Shown: positions 8,599 to 17,932 of the stretch, piece by piece | Layout: every line of letters starts with the position of its first letter | How positions within the stretch are numbered: the stretch's first letter is position 1 | Source of the DNA: Aeropyrum pernix K1 | Lineage (GTDB): Archaea > Thermoproteota > Thermoprotei_A > Sulfolobales > Acidilobaceae | Assembly: GCF_000011125.1 (NCBI RefSeq) | Contig: NC_000854.2 | Span: 450,001 to 482,000 of the forward strand | DNA: 32,000 nt | Reading direction: 5' to 3' | Translations under genes and position numbers: made by a program | Notes under the pieces: generated by a model | Seen by the model: the letters and a program-made list of their open reading frames with translations, nothing else | What the model was told of the DNA's origin: nothing | Databases searched by the model: none

Positions 8599-9086
8599 CC
8601 GGGTGCAAAGCCGCGGCGAGGCTCGGGGTTGAGGGTGTATTTGTTGAAGAATGCTTCGACGGCAGTTACTGCAGAAACCTGGAGAGGATTGGCTACCTGA
8701 GGAAAGGGAGGCTCGAGCCCCTGGAGGCGGCTTACCAGGCCTCCCGGGGCATGCTGTGCATGGGGGAGACCAGAGGATGGGCGGCGGCTGTCGAGGTGAT
8801 AGCCGGGTTAGGCCTGAGCCTGGACACAGCTCTAGTCTACTTCGACCTGAGGAGGAAGGGTAGGAAGCCCTTGGTGGGGGTGAGGAGGGGCACCCTGGTC
8901 TACGAGCACGGCGGCCGCGTCTACGAGGTCCTCGTTCTCAGCGAGGGCTACCCACTGAAGATAGGAAGCCTGGTAGAGTGGAGCAGGGGGGCATCGATGG
9001 ACAACCACTCGCCCATAGTAGCCATAGTGGATAGGACTGGCCTGATAACCTACTACGAGGCTAGGGCTGTCAGGAGCATACAATAG
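8574..9086 (+). CDS. Putative tRNA-splicing endonuclease structural (beta-type) subunit / EndA-like protein
   Basis: 170 aa; the C-terminal half has the EndA-like layout (VYFDLRRKGRKPLVGVRRGTLVYEHGGRVYEVLVLSEG...SPIVAIVDRTGLITYYEARAV). The expected Tyr/His/Lys triad is not clearly preserved, as expected for a structural subunit. Confidence 0.6.
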   Translation: MGKGEGEVAGCKAAARLGVEGVFVEECFDGSYCRNLERIGYLRKGRLEPLEAAYQASRGMLCMGETRGWAAAVEVIAGLGLSLDTALVYFDLRRKGRKPLVGVRRGTLVYEHGGRVYEVLVLSEGYPLKIGSLVEWSRGASMDNHSPIVAIVDRTGLITYYEARAVRSIQ

Positions 9087-9142
9087 GCCTCTCCAATATT
9101 TCACCGGCTGGCCGCTAATAGTATGGTTGGAGATGGCGTGTA

Positions 9143-10255
9143 ATGCGGGATATAGACCCTTCCCTGAGGCGTGAGATAGAGTCGCTCGAGAGGTTCCTCA
9201 AGGTTAAGCCTCTTTACTTCGACTTCGATGAGGGCGTGTTCGTATGGCTCGACACCAGGCTGATCCCATTCAGGGAGGTTTACCGGAGGACGAGTGACTA
9301 CAGGCGTGTTGCCAGGGCAATTGTGGACATGGAGATAAGGGGGGCCCCGGCTATAGGTGTGGCTGCGGCCTACGCGCTAGCCCTGGCAGCAGCCGAGGCT
9401 GCCTCAAGGGGTGGCGAGGGCTTTATCGAGGCTCTCTCTGAGGCTAGGAGGGAGATTGAGTCCACTAGGCCTACTGCTTACAACCTCTTCTGGGCGACGG
9501 CCAGGGTCTACGGCGCGGTATCCGAGGCTTTCAGGAGGTCGGGCGTGGACGCCGCGGTCAGGGCGGGGCTGGAGGAGGCTACCAGGATTTACGTGGAGGA
9601 TGTCAGGGGTAACGTTGAGATAGGCAGGGTTGGGGCCAGGCTTCTGGAGAGCGGGGACACGGTGCTAACCCACTGCAACACCGGGGCGTTGGCTACAGCG
9701 GGCTTCGGCACGGCCTTGGGGGTTATACGTTATGCGTGGATGGAGGGGAAGGATATAAGGGTTATAACGACGGAGACCAGGCCTGTGCTTCAGGGCGCCA
9801 GGCTTAACGTGTGGGAGCTTAGGAAGGAGGGTATACCGTTCAAGCTCGTAGTTGATAGTGCCGTCGGGCTTATAATGAGCCGGGGGATGGTTTCCAAGGC
9901 TATAGTAGGGGCTGACAGGATAGTGTCGACAGGCCACACAGCAAACAAGATAGGCACCTACATGGTGGCCATGGCTGCGAGTAGGCACGGCGTGCCGTTC
10001 TACGTGGCAGCCCCGGCAAGCACATTCCAGCCCGACGCAGGGCCTGAAGCCATAGTGATAGAGGAGAGGAGCCCAGATGAGGTTAGGGGGGTTATCAGCG
10101 AGGCGGGGTATGTGAGGATAACCTTGGGCGACGTAGAAGCCTACAACCCGAGCTTCGACGTGACCCCGCCAGAGCTAATAACAGCGTTCATAACTGACAG
10201 GGGTGTTATCGAGCCCCCATTCGACGTGAACATACGAAGGACCCTGGAAGACTAG
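9143..10255 (+). CDS. mtnA: S-methyl-5-thioribose-1-phosphate isomerase / aIF-2B-like family
   Basis: 370 aa: VDMEIRGAPAIGVAAAYALAL, LTHCNTGALATAGFGTALGVIR, TRPVLQGARLNVWEL, VGADRIVSTGHTANKIGTYMVA. Confidence 0.92.
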   Translation: MRDIDPSLRREIESLERFLKVKPLYFDFDEGVFVWLDTRLIPFREVYRRTSDYRRVARAIVDMEIRGAPAIGVAAAYALALAAAEAASRGGEGFIEALSEARREIESTRPTAYNLFWATARVYGAVSEAFRRSGVDAAVRAGLEEATRIYVEDVRGNVEIGRVGARLLESGDTVLTHCNTGALATAGFGTALGVIRYAWMEGKDIRVITTETRPVLQGARLNVWELRKEGIPFKLVVDSAVGLIMSRGMVSKAIVGADRIVSTGHTANKIGTYMVAMAASRHGVPFYVAAPASTFQPDAGPEAIVIEERSPDEVRGVISEAGYVRITLGDVEAYNPSFDVTPPELITAFITDRGVIEPPFDVNIRRTLED

Positions 10256-10282
10256 AATGGTTACTACCAGCCGCCGCCTTGT

Positions 10283-11257
10283 CTATGCCTCCGCACCACC
10301 GACTATGGACCCTGACGGCAGTCTTACCTTCGGTAGGGAGGCCTCTATCTCGCCTCTATACGGCTCGAGCCATTCTGGAAGCACTAGCCGCGAGCCAAGC
10401 CTCTCTACAGGCTCATCGACGGTGAATCCCGGTCCTATAGTAGCTATCTCGTATAGAACTCCCCCGGGCTCTCTGAAGTATATCGACGTGAACCACTTCC
10501 TGTCTATTACGGGCGTTACATTATACCCTCTTTTAACAAGTTTTTCTCTATGAACAGCCAGCTCCCTTAGATCCTTGACTGCAAATGCCACGTGGTGAAC
10601 CGTGCCAGCTCCCAGTCTACCAGGTGCAGCTTCTCTAGGACACAATAGCTCCACGACCCTGCCCGGCCCTCCTCCCCCAATAGTATATACCGCATACTCC
10701 TCTCCCTCGTCAGCCTTCTCGAACCCCAGTATATCCTCTAGGAAATAGCCGCTGGTATGACAGTCTCTAACCATAATCACCACGCTATAGAATCCCCGGG
10801 GGAAGTGCTCCTTAGGCACTCCTCCACCGCTCCACGGCTTAACATCTACATAGGATGGTCTATCGCTTGCTTGTAGAGATAAGCCTAAGCCGTCCCAGTC
10901 TACAAAATTTATTCTAACTCCCTCGCTATTCTCCTCCAAACCCAGCAGGGTAACGTTAAACCGCTTAAACCTATCAATCCAGTATTTAACAGAGTCTGGG
11001 TGTATCGTGTATATGATCCTAACTGCCTGGCCGTACCCGGGGACTCCTCTAGGTAGCCTGGGATAGGGGAAAAACGTCAAGTCACTCCCAGGGTTTCCTT
11101 CGTAATCGGCGTAGAAGAAATGGTATACATTGGGCTCGTCCTGGTTTACAGAGACTTTTACCAACCTGAGGCCGAGCACTTTGGTGTAAAAGTATATATT
11201 AGCCTGTGGGTCTGCCGAAAGGGCTGTTATGTGGTGTAAGCCCATTATGGACGACAT
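10283..11257 (-). CDS. Ring-cleaving dioxygenase, glyoxalase/extradiol (VOC) superfamily
   Basis: 324 aa: GLHHITALSADPQANIYFYTKVLGLRLVKVSVNQDEPNVYHFFYADYEGNPGSDLTFFPYP plus second VOC half HHVAFAVKD...YFREPGGVLYEIATIGPGF. Confidence 0.87.
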   Translation of the reverse strand: MSSIMGLHHITALSADPQANIYFYTKVLGLRLVKVSVNQDEPNVYHFFYADYEGNPGSDLTFFPYPRLPRGVPGYGQAVRIIYTIHPDSVKYWIDRFKRFNVTLLGLEENSEGVRINFVDWDGLGLSLQASDRPSYVDVKPWSGGGVPKEHFPRGFYSVVIMVRDCHTSGYFLEDILGFEKADEGEEYAVYTIGGGGPGRVVELLCPREAAPGRLGAGTVHHVAFAVKDLRELAVHREKLVKRGYNVTPVIDRKWFTSIYFREPGGVLYEIATIGPGFTVDEPVERLGSRLVLPEWLEPYRGEIEASLPKVRLPSGSIVGGAEA

Positions 11258-11499
11258 TGAAATCCTCGCCAGAGGCGGTGAATTTACTAGCGGTCGTTAT
11301 AACCCAATATATGTATTAACCTGTTACACTAATTTTGAGGTAAAGATCATACCTGACGGTGTAAAAGATGGCTGCATCACTTGCCGCAATGACGCCAGGG
11401 TTTGAGTCTTAACTCGCCTACTCGCCTAGTGTAGCCTATTCTTGGCGAGGCTGTTCTACTCCAATTAATATTATCCTTCTACCGCGACCATGCTAACAA

Positions 11500-12813
11500 T
11501 TGGAGGTGCAGGTTATGGCTTCCCCTCCTTGCACTACCGAGGAGCTCTCGCCTCCCCCAGGGGGTTCTCTAGTCGAGTATAGCGGCGGCAGCCTTAGGGT
11601 CCCCGATAACCCTGTTGTTGCGTTCATAAGGGGCGACGGCGTGGGCCCCGAGGTTGTTGAGAGCGCTCTAAAGGTTGTGGACGCCGCCGTGAAGAAGGTT
11701 TACGGGGGGTCTAGGAGGATAGTCTGGTGGGAGCTCCTGGCTGGCCATCTCGCCCGGGAGAAGTGCGGCGAGCTGCTTCCCAAGGCGACGCTGGAGGGTA
11801 TAAGGCTTGCCAGGGTCGCGCTCAAGGGGCCCTTGGAGACTCCCGTGGGCACGGGCTATAGAAGCCTTAACGTGGCTATACGCCAGGCGCTAGACCTCTA
11901 CGCTAACATAAGGCCTGTGAGGTACTACGGCCAGCCAGCCCCCCACAAGTATGCGGATAGGGTTGACATGGTGATATTCAGGGAGAACACGGAGGACGTG
12001 TACGCCGGTATAGAGTGGCCTCATGACAGCCCTGAGGCTGCGAGGATTAGGAGGTTCCTCGCAGAGGAGTTCGGGATATCGATAAGGGAGGACGCCGGCA
12101 TAGGGGTTAAGCCGATAAGCAGGTTTGCAACTAGGCGTCTTATGGAGAGGGCTCTCGAGTGGGCCCTCAGGAACGGCAACACAGTAGTCACTATAATGCA
12201 CAAGGGCAACATAATGAAGTACACTGAAGGGGCTTTCATGAGGTGGGCCTATGAGGTGGCGCTGGAGAAGTTTAGGGAGCATGTGGTTACGGAGCAGGAG
12301 GTCCAGGAGAAGTATGGGGGGGTTAGGCCCGAGGGCAAGATACTTGTTAACGACAGGATAGCCGACAACATGCTGCAGCAGATTATAACCAGGCCCTGGG
12401 ACTACCAGGTCATAGTGGCGCCAAACCTCAACGGCGACTACATAAGCGACGCTGCGAGCGCCCTCGTCGGAGGCATAGGCATGGCCGCGGGGATGAACAT
12501 GGGCGACGGCATAGCTGTCGCCGAGCCGGTTCACGGCACCGCGCCGAAGTACGCGGGCAAGGACCTGATAAACCCCTCCGCGGAGATACTGAGCGCCTCA
12601 CTACTGATAGGAGAGTTCATGGGCTGGAGGGAGGTGAAGAGCATAGTAGAGTATGCCATTAGGAAGGCGGTGCAGAGCAAGAAGGTCACCCAGGACCTGG
12701 CCAGGCACATGCCCGGGGTCCAGCCGCTGAGGACAAGCGAGTACACGGAGACGCTGATAGCATACATAGACGAGGCGGACCTGAACGAGGTCCTCGCCGG
12801 GAAGAGGGGCTAG
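11500..12813 (+). CDS. icd: Isocitrate dehydrogenase (NADP-dependent type)
   Basis: 437-aa ORF; VAFIRGDGVGPEVVESA, GTGYRSLNVAIRQALDLYANIRPVRYYG, IFRENTEDVYAGIEW, NLNGDYISDAASALVGGIGMAAGMNMGDGIAVAEPVHGTAPKYAG. The true start is likely downstream of the TTG at 11500 (GTG 11506 or ATG 11515). Confidence 0.97.
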   Translation: MEVQVMASPPCTTEELSPPPGGSLVEYSGGSLRVPDNPVVAFIRGDGVGPEVVESALKVVDAAVKKVYGGSRRIVWWELLAGHLAREKCGELLPKATLEGIRLARVALKGPLETPVGTGYRSLNVAIRQALDLYANIRPVRYYGQPAPHKYADRVDMVIFRENTEDVYAGIEWPHDSPEAARIRRFLAEEFGISIREDAGIGVKPISRFATRRLMERALEWALRNGNTVVTIMHKGNIMKYTEGAFMRWAYEVALEKFREHVVTEQEVQEKYGGVRPEGKILVNDRIADNMLQQIITRPWDYQVIVAPNLNGDYISDAASALVGGIGMAAGMNMGDGIAVAEPVHGTAPKYAGKDLINPSAEILSASLLIGEFMGWREVKSIVEYAIRKAVQSKKVTQDLARHMPGVQPLRTSEYTETLIAYIDEADLNEVLAGKRG

Positions 12814-12904
12814 GAGGAAATATACCGCCTCTCCAGCAGCCTGGTTTAAAAACCATTCTCTCCAGCCAGGTCCTCAAAACGCCCGGGGCCCAGGCCCCCC
12901 GGCT

Positions 12905-14341
12905 CTACAGGGCGGGCGCCGGAGCCCCGGCGGCCGCGTAGGCTAGGGCGGCCGCGGCCAGGCTGTAGAGCGGGCTCGGAGCCCCCGGCCTCTGGAGTAC
13001 CGCTGCCGGAACCGGTATTAGCGGGGAAACAGTCATTATCAGGGACGCAGTGGCCTCGAGGGTGTCGAGGGGGACGAGAACCTGGCTGGCCTGCCAGGAG
13101 GCGCTCGCCTCCCCTATGACCTTCAGGAGTAGTATGGCTATTGCGGGGACGGCGACGCTGGCCGCCCCGAGTATCACGGCCACCGTTTTAGCCCTTCTGG
13201 CCAGGAGCCTAGACTCCAGTATAGTGTTGTACACCGCCTCCACAGCCTTAGACACCCCCGTCCTGCCAGCGGTTGTAGACGCGCTTATGACAACGTCCAC
13301 TACAGGCCCGGCAGCTTGCCTAGCGTTGGCGAGGTCCTCGCTGAAATCCAGCCCCGCCCTCGCCTTCGCCACAGCAGCTCCAAGACTCTCAAGGGCCCTC
13401 CTCTCGCGTATGGATTGCAGCCTGTAGCCCGCCTCCACGGCTACGGCGAGCGCAGCCCCGGCTGCGAGGGCGTGAAGGGGTGTTGCCAGTGCGAAGGCGG
13501 CAACCATGGCAGCTGGCGCCGCGTATGATGTTAAGGCGAGGACGGTGTTGCCGGGAGGCCAGCCTATTGGGGGTTTGAGGGCCGCGAGAAACAGGGCTAG
13601 GGCTGGTGAGGCTACCGCCGGGAGTAGCGCGGCGGCAGCGGCTGCCTGGGGCTCGACTAGTATTGCCATGGGTGTGAGTAGGAGGGCTGTGGAGACTAGT
13701 GTGAGGTTTATCTCTCCTAGGGACTGGGCGAGCCTGGTGTACGAGTCCCACTGCGTCTTGATAGCCTTCATGGTATAGTCTATTATATAGAGTGTCAGCC
13801 TGCTTCTCGAGAGGCCCAGCCTCTCTGCAGCTATATACTCCCTAAGCATCGCTCCGAGGGTTTTCGAGGGGGTGGTTCTGGCCAGCAGCCTAGCGGCAGC
13901 CTCAGGGTCGAGGCCGGACTTGACCATGAGCCTCAGCCTCTCAACCTCCCTCCTGGCCCACCTAAGGCTCGGGTGGTATGAGGCTAGCAGAAGGTCCGCA
14001 ACGTTCGATGCTATGGAGGAGTAGGGAAGCATGTAGAGGAGCAGCAGGGGCACCTCCCTCTCCACCATGCCGCCCACAACAGCCCTATACAGGGTTGGCG
14101 CCAGGCCCGCCGCTGCCGCCGCACCCCCCGCTAGCAGGGGCAGCCAGTATGGCGTGTATCCGGATAGCCAGAGGATTAGGCTGGCGGCCGCGAGGAAGGT
14201 TAGGGAGAGCATAGCCAGCAGGGAGTATCTGGATAGCCTGGCGGCGCCGGCCCCGAGCAGTAGCGGGTCGGAGAGGCTGTGGAGCCTTACGTGCAGCAGC
14301 CTACGGCCCCTCATCTTTAGTGCCGATAGCCTGGCTGCCAC
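12905..14341 (-). CDS. Type IV pilus/archaellum-type membrane platform protein (FlaJ/TadC-like)
   Basis: 478 aa, many TM segments, duplicated T2SSF-like cytoplasmic segments (LRWARREVERLRLMVKSGLDPEAAARLLARTTPSKTLGAMLREYIAAE; VKSVEA-like second copy); directly downstream of the secretion ATPase. Confidence 0.75.
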   Translation of the reverse strand: MAARLSALKMRGRRLLHVRLHSLSDPLLLGAGAARLSRYSLLAMLSLTFLAAASLILWLSGYTPYWLPLLAGGAAAAAGLAPTLYRAVVGGMVEREVPLLLLYMLPYSSIASNVADLLLASYHPSLRWARREVERLRLMVKSGLDPEAAARLLARTTPSKTLGAMLREYIAAERLGLSRSRLTLYIIDYTMKAIKTQWDSYTRLAQSLGEINLTLVSTALLLTPMAILVEPQAAAAAALLPAVASPALALFLAALKPPIGWPPGNTVLALTSYAAPAAMVAAFALATPLHALAAGAALAVAVEAGYRLQSIRERRALESLGAAVAKARAGLDFSEDLANARQAAGPVVDVVISASTTAGRTGVSKAVEAVYNTILESRLLARRAKTVAVILGAASVAVPAIAILLLKVIGEASASWQASQVLVPLDTLEATASLIMTVSPLIPVPAAVLQRPGAPSPLYSLAAAALAYAAAGAPAPAL

Positions 14342-14345
14342 GGCT

Positions 14346-15770
14346 CTACACCCTACCGTACCTCTCGGAGTAGAAACGGGCTAGGGCCTTGTGGAACACT
14401 TCTGGCGGGGAGCCCGCGAGCTTCTCGAGCAATCCGGCCCTCTCGCTGAGCTCGGCCTCTAGGTCTGTTATAAGGTCTGGTATTCGGGATACAGCCTCTC
14501 TAAGCCTGAAGCTAGACTCCACAATATCGCGGGGGTTGTCTGGCGAGACCAGGTCTCCCTTGGGGTCCCACGCGAACACGTCGACAGCCTCGCCACCCTC
14601 TATCTCGGTTATCGAGACAACACGCCTCCTAACAGCCCCTCCATAGCCTGGGAGCCTCCTTAGCATAACGATCGCTCCTATGAGGCTGAGGAAAACCGGG
14701 GGGAGGCTTATGGGCTCCAGCTGTAGCCTCAGTATAACGCCCTCAGGAGTGTCGCCGTGCATTGTAGTCATGGAGCCGTGGCCGCTTGCAGCTGCTTGGG
14801 CGAGGAGCCTAGCCTCCCTGCCCCTCACCTCGCCAACTATTATATACTCCGCCCTCCTCCTAAGGGCGAACCTCAGCAGGGCCTCGAGATCCACCTCAAC
14901 CATGCTCTCCCCAGGCAGTGGGGGCCTGGTGACGAGGGAGTCCCAGTGCCTATTGTAGAGTCTAATCTCAGGGGTATCCTCTATAGTTATGACCCTGTAG
15001 AAGGGGGGTATGAGGCCGGCGAGAGCCTGGAGTAGAGTCGTCTTTCCACTCCCCATAGGCCCGGAGACTACTATGAACTGTTGGGACTCGACCAGCAGCC
15101 ACAAGTACGCTGCCTGGAGGGGGGTGAGAACCCTCGAGGCCACTAGATCAGCCATCGTAACAGGCTTCTCCGGATACTTCCTTATCACGAAGCTGCTGCC
15201 GAACCGCGATACCTCCCTCGAGAAGGTGACGGCGACTCTATGGCCCTCCCCCGTTAGCCCCTCGGCCAGGGGCTGGGCGAGGCTGAGGCTCCTCCCGGCC
15301 TTTCTGGCAAGCTGTAGGGCGAGGGAGTTGGCCTCATCCTCCCCCAGCTTTAGATCGACGTCTATCCACCTTCCCGGGACGAGGCTGTGTATAACCGAAA
15401 CACCCCTCCCGGGGCCCTCGAAGGCTATCTCCTCTATATGGCCGTCTATTATGAGCGGGTAGAGCCTGCCATAGCCGCTCATCCTCTTCTCGGCATGGTA
15501 CCTCTCTCCCTCCCCTACGGGCTCTATGTTCCCGGCTATGATCTCCTTCACAACAGCCTCACCAGGCTCGGGAGGCTCCTTGAAAGTGAGCCTAACCCCC
15601 TCGCTGTTGTCCCTGTAGAGATAGTACTCCACGGGCCCTACAGAGTATTTAGCCACAAGCCTCCACTCCTCTAGGCCAGCCCACCCCCGCCCGCTCTCCA
15701 ACTCTACATCCTGCTTGGCTGGGGTTTGACGCTGCTTGGCTGTAAAAAACCTCCTGATCACCTTTAACAC
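14346..15770 (-). CDS. Type II/IV secretion (pilus assembly) ATPase, GspE/FlaI/VirB11 family
   Basis: 474 aa: Walker A VVSGPMGSGKTTLLQAL, Asp box VITIEDTPEIRL, Walker B-like AEYIIVGEVRGREA, His box GHGSMTTMHG. Confidence 0.94.
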   Translation of the reverse strand: MLKVIRRFFTAKQRQTPAKQDVELESGRGWAGLEEWRLVAKYSVGPVEYYLYRDNSEGVRLTFKEPPEPGEAVVKEIIAGNIEPVGEGERYHAEKRMSGYGRLYPLIIDGHIEEIAFEGPGRGVSVIHSLVPGRWIDVDLKLGEDEANSLALQLARKAGRSLSLAQPLAEGLTGEGHRVAVTFSREVSRFGSSFVIRKYPEKPVTMADLVASRVLTPLQAAYLWLLVESQQFIVVSGPMGSGKTTLLQALAGLIPPFYRVITIEDTPEIRLYNRHWDSLVTRPPLPGESMVEVDLEALLRFALRRRAEYIIVGEVRGREARLLAQAAASGHGSMTTMHGDTPEGVILRLQLEPISLPPVFLSLIGAIVMLRRLPGYGGAVRRRVVSITEIEGGEAVDVFAWDPKGDLVSPDNPRDIVESSFRLREAVSRIPDLITDLEAELSERAGLLEKLAGSPPEVFHKALARFYSERYGRV

Positions 15771-15794
15771 CCGGGGTCCACTCGCAGCCCTAGT

Positions 15795-16223
15795 CTAGGA
15801 CAGGCTAACGGGGGGCGACGAGAGCGTCTCCCCTGCATCGGTTGTGTAGACCAATGTTGCTGCGGCTGCGTCTGCGGGTAGTAGGAGATCTATGGTGAAC
15901 TTGTCCCCCGGTTTTACCGTTATGGTGCCGCCGTTCTGCGATAGATCTACAGTCTGCGGGGTGCCGTCCTGCATGTAGTATTTGACCTGGGTTATCGTTA
16001 TGGAGCTGCTGTGGCCGTTGACGCCTGAGAGGTAGACGAGCTTCTCAGTGTTGCTGACGTACACCGTGTTTGCATTCACTATAACACCCTCGCCGGCCGC
16101 CATGACCGACTCGCTGCTGGACATGAAGTACTCGTAGACGACGAAACCTCCTATTATGGTGAACGCTATCAGGATTATGGAGGCTACCAGGGGGGAGAGC
16201 CCCCTCCTGCTCCTTCCTCCCAT
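15795..16223 (-). CDS. Archaeal type IV pilin-like protein with class III signal peptide
   Basis: 142 aa: MGGRSRRG|LSPLVASIILIAFTIIGGFVVYEYF, basic n-region then hydrophobic H-domain, beta-rich C-terminus; head of the operon with pilus ATPase and platform. Confidence 0.85.
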   Translation of the reverse strand: MGGRSRRGLSPLVASIILIAFTIIGGFVVYEYFMSSSESVMAAGEGVIVNANTVYVSNTEKLVYLSGVNGHSSSITITQVKYYMQDGTPQTVDLSQNGGTITVKPGDKFTIDLLLPADAAAATLVYTTDAGETLSSPPVSLS

Positions 16224-16314
16224 GTCTTCCAGCCTTGATCTAGTTTAGGGGGTGTTATACTCGAAGTCGTTTTAACGTCTAAAAATTTAAAAAGGGTGGC
16301 TTGGTGCGGCGGCT

Positions 16315-17247
16315 TTGGAGGAGGTTAGGGACTGCAGGCTGGAGGAGGGGCTAAGTGTAGAGGGGCTTGTGGAGTGCTACCGGGATATACACGGCTTCAT
16401 GGCAGGGCATCTGGCTGAGGCTGTTGAGGTCCTCAGGGAGGGGCTTGAGGCTAGTAGTGTGAGGGTGCTCACGTTCACAGGCAACCTCGTGGCAACGGGG
16501 CTGAGGGGGGTTTTAGCCCAGCTTATAGATGGCGGGCTGTTCAACGTGGTTTTCACAACGGCTGGCGCCCTAGACCACGATATAGCCAGGTTCATGGGGG
16601 GCAAGTACCTGAAGGGGCGTTTCGAGGCTGATGATACGGAGCTGCACAGGAGGGGTGTCCACAGGCTCGGCAACGTATTCATACCAGTAGAGAGCTACGG
16701 CCCCCTGGTGGAGAGGTTTGTGAGGACTCTCGCCGAGCAGGCGGCGGGGGTGAGGGGTGAGTGGGGCGTCTACGAGCTCCTGAGGCTGGCTGGCTCGCTC
16801 ATGGAGGGCGATAGAGACTCTATTCTAGCGGCGGCTGCCAGGAGGGGTGTGGACGTCTTCGTCCCGGGCTGGCCGGACGGCGCCTTCGGCACATCCCTCT
16901 TCATGGAGAGGCAGAGGGGCACAAGCATCACTGTAGACTACTTCAGGGACATGGCCCGCCTGGCCGACATATTCTTCCCCCAGGAAGGCGAGGCGGCTGC
17001 ACTGATAGTGGGTGGTGGCATCAGCAAGCACCACGCCATATGGTGGAGCCAGTTCAGGGGGGGCCTAGATTATGCGGTCTACGTGACCACTGCTGTGGAG
17101 TATGACGGCAGCCTCAGCGGGGCCCACCCGCGTGAGGCAGTAAGCTGGGGTAAGATAAAGGAGTCTTCCAGGAGGGTTGTGGTCTACGGCGACGCCACGA
17201 TAACGCTGCCAGTTATAGCCTACTGCCTCCTACACGGCTGCGGCTAG
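16315..17247 (+). CDS. dys: Deoxyhypusine synthase
   Basis: 310 aa: TFTGNLVATGLRGVLAQLIDGGLFNVVFTTAGALDHDIAR, FVPGWPDGAFG, FPQEGEAAALIVGGGISKHH, DGSLSGAHPREAVSWGKIK. Confidence 0.95.
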   Translation: MEEVRDCRLEEGLSVEGLVECYRDIHGFMAGHLAEAVEVLREGLEASSVRVLTFTGNLVATGLRGVLAQLIDGGLFNVVFTTAGALDHDIARFMGGKYLKGRFEADDTELHRRGVHRLGNVFIPVESYGPLVERFVRTLAEQAAGVRGEWGVYELLRLAGSLMEGDRDSILAAAARRGVDVFVPGWPDGAFGTSLFMERQRGTSITVDYFRDMARLADIFFPQEGEAAALIVGGGISKHHAIWWSQFRGGLDYAVYVTTAVEYDGSLSGAHPREAVSWGKIKESSRRVVVYGDATITLPVIAYCLLHGCG

Positions 17248-17744
17248 CCTCCTCGGCTGGCGCGGGATGCTATGAGGAAGTACTCTGGCCTGGCCGAGTG
17301 TCCGTGCTTGGGGGAGATATACTCTCTCACACCCTTCAGCTTAAGCCTGTAGACACACCTCCCCGGGGACACTATGCTGGTGTCGTAGCTTTTCTCGAAA
17401 ACGAGCTCCAAAACACCCCTTCGGAGCCTGTAGCTACCCTCGGCTATGAGCCTGTCACCCTCCTCCTCGTCAACCTCGATCTCCTCAATGGGGATTACTC
17501 CGTAGCTGCGGGCAAGGGTGTTGAGGCATTTGAACACCTTATCGTTCCACACGAAAAGGCTGATAGCCTCCCTCTCGTTGAGTACCAGCTTTATATGAAA
17601 CCCCCTCTCCCCGGCGTGATGCACAACCCTCATGTACCCGCTGGCCTCAACCTTCTCCAGGTCGACGAGCTGGAGCTCCAGTGGCTGGTCGCTTTCACCC
17701 TCCATCCTCGGCTTGTAGGGTATGACAGGATAAGCCCCCGCCAT
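17244..17744 (-). CDS. Conserved-looking hypothetical protein
   Basis: 166-aa ORF with normal coding composition, acidic central section; no family recognised. Confidence 0.6.
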   Translation of the reverse strand: MAGAYPVIPYKPRMEGESDQPLELQLVDLEKVEASGYMRVVHHAGERGFHIKLVLNEREAISLFVWNDKVFKCLNTLARSYGVIPIEEIEVDEEEGDRLIAEGSYRLRRGVLELVFEKSYDTSIVSPGRCVYRLKLKGVREYISPKHGHSARPEYFLIASRASRGG

Positions 17745-17834
17745 AACACCCTCACACCCAGTAAATTACACTAAGAATCTTGGGAGGAAAGAGGGTTAAG
17801 CCAGAGCGGGGAGAGACCCGGTTTGGATGACGGG

Positions 17835-17913
17835 TGGTGCGGCGGCCGGGATTTGAACCCGGGACCTCCGGCTTGGCAGGCCGGCGTCCTAGTCCAGGCT
17901 AGACGACCGCCGC
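17835..17913 (-). tRNA. tRNA-Gly (anticodon GCC), CCA encoded
   Basis: Minus strand GCGGCGG TCGTCTAGCCTGGACTAGGAC GCCGGCCTGCCAAGCCGG AGGTC CCGGGTTCAAATCCCGG CCGCCGC A CCA; anticodon loop CTGCCAA. Confidence 0.96.
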
Positions 17914-17932
17914 GTCCAGACTGTTGAGTAAT

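Noticed and set aside
11890-12534. 214-aa minus-strand ORF opposite icd
   Set aside because: Antisense shadow of the isocitrate dehydrogenase coding region.
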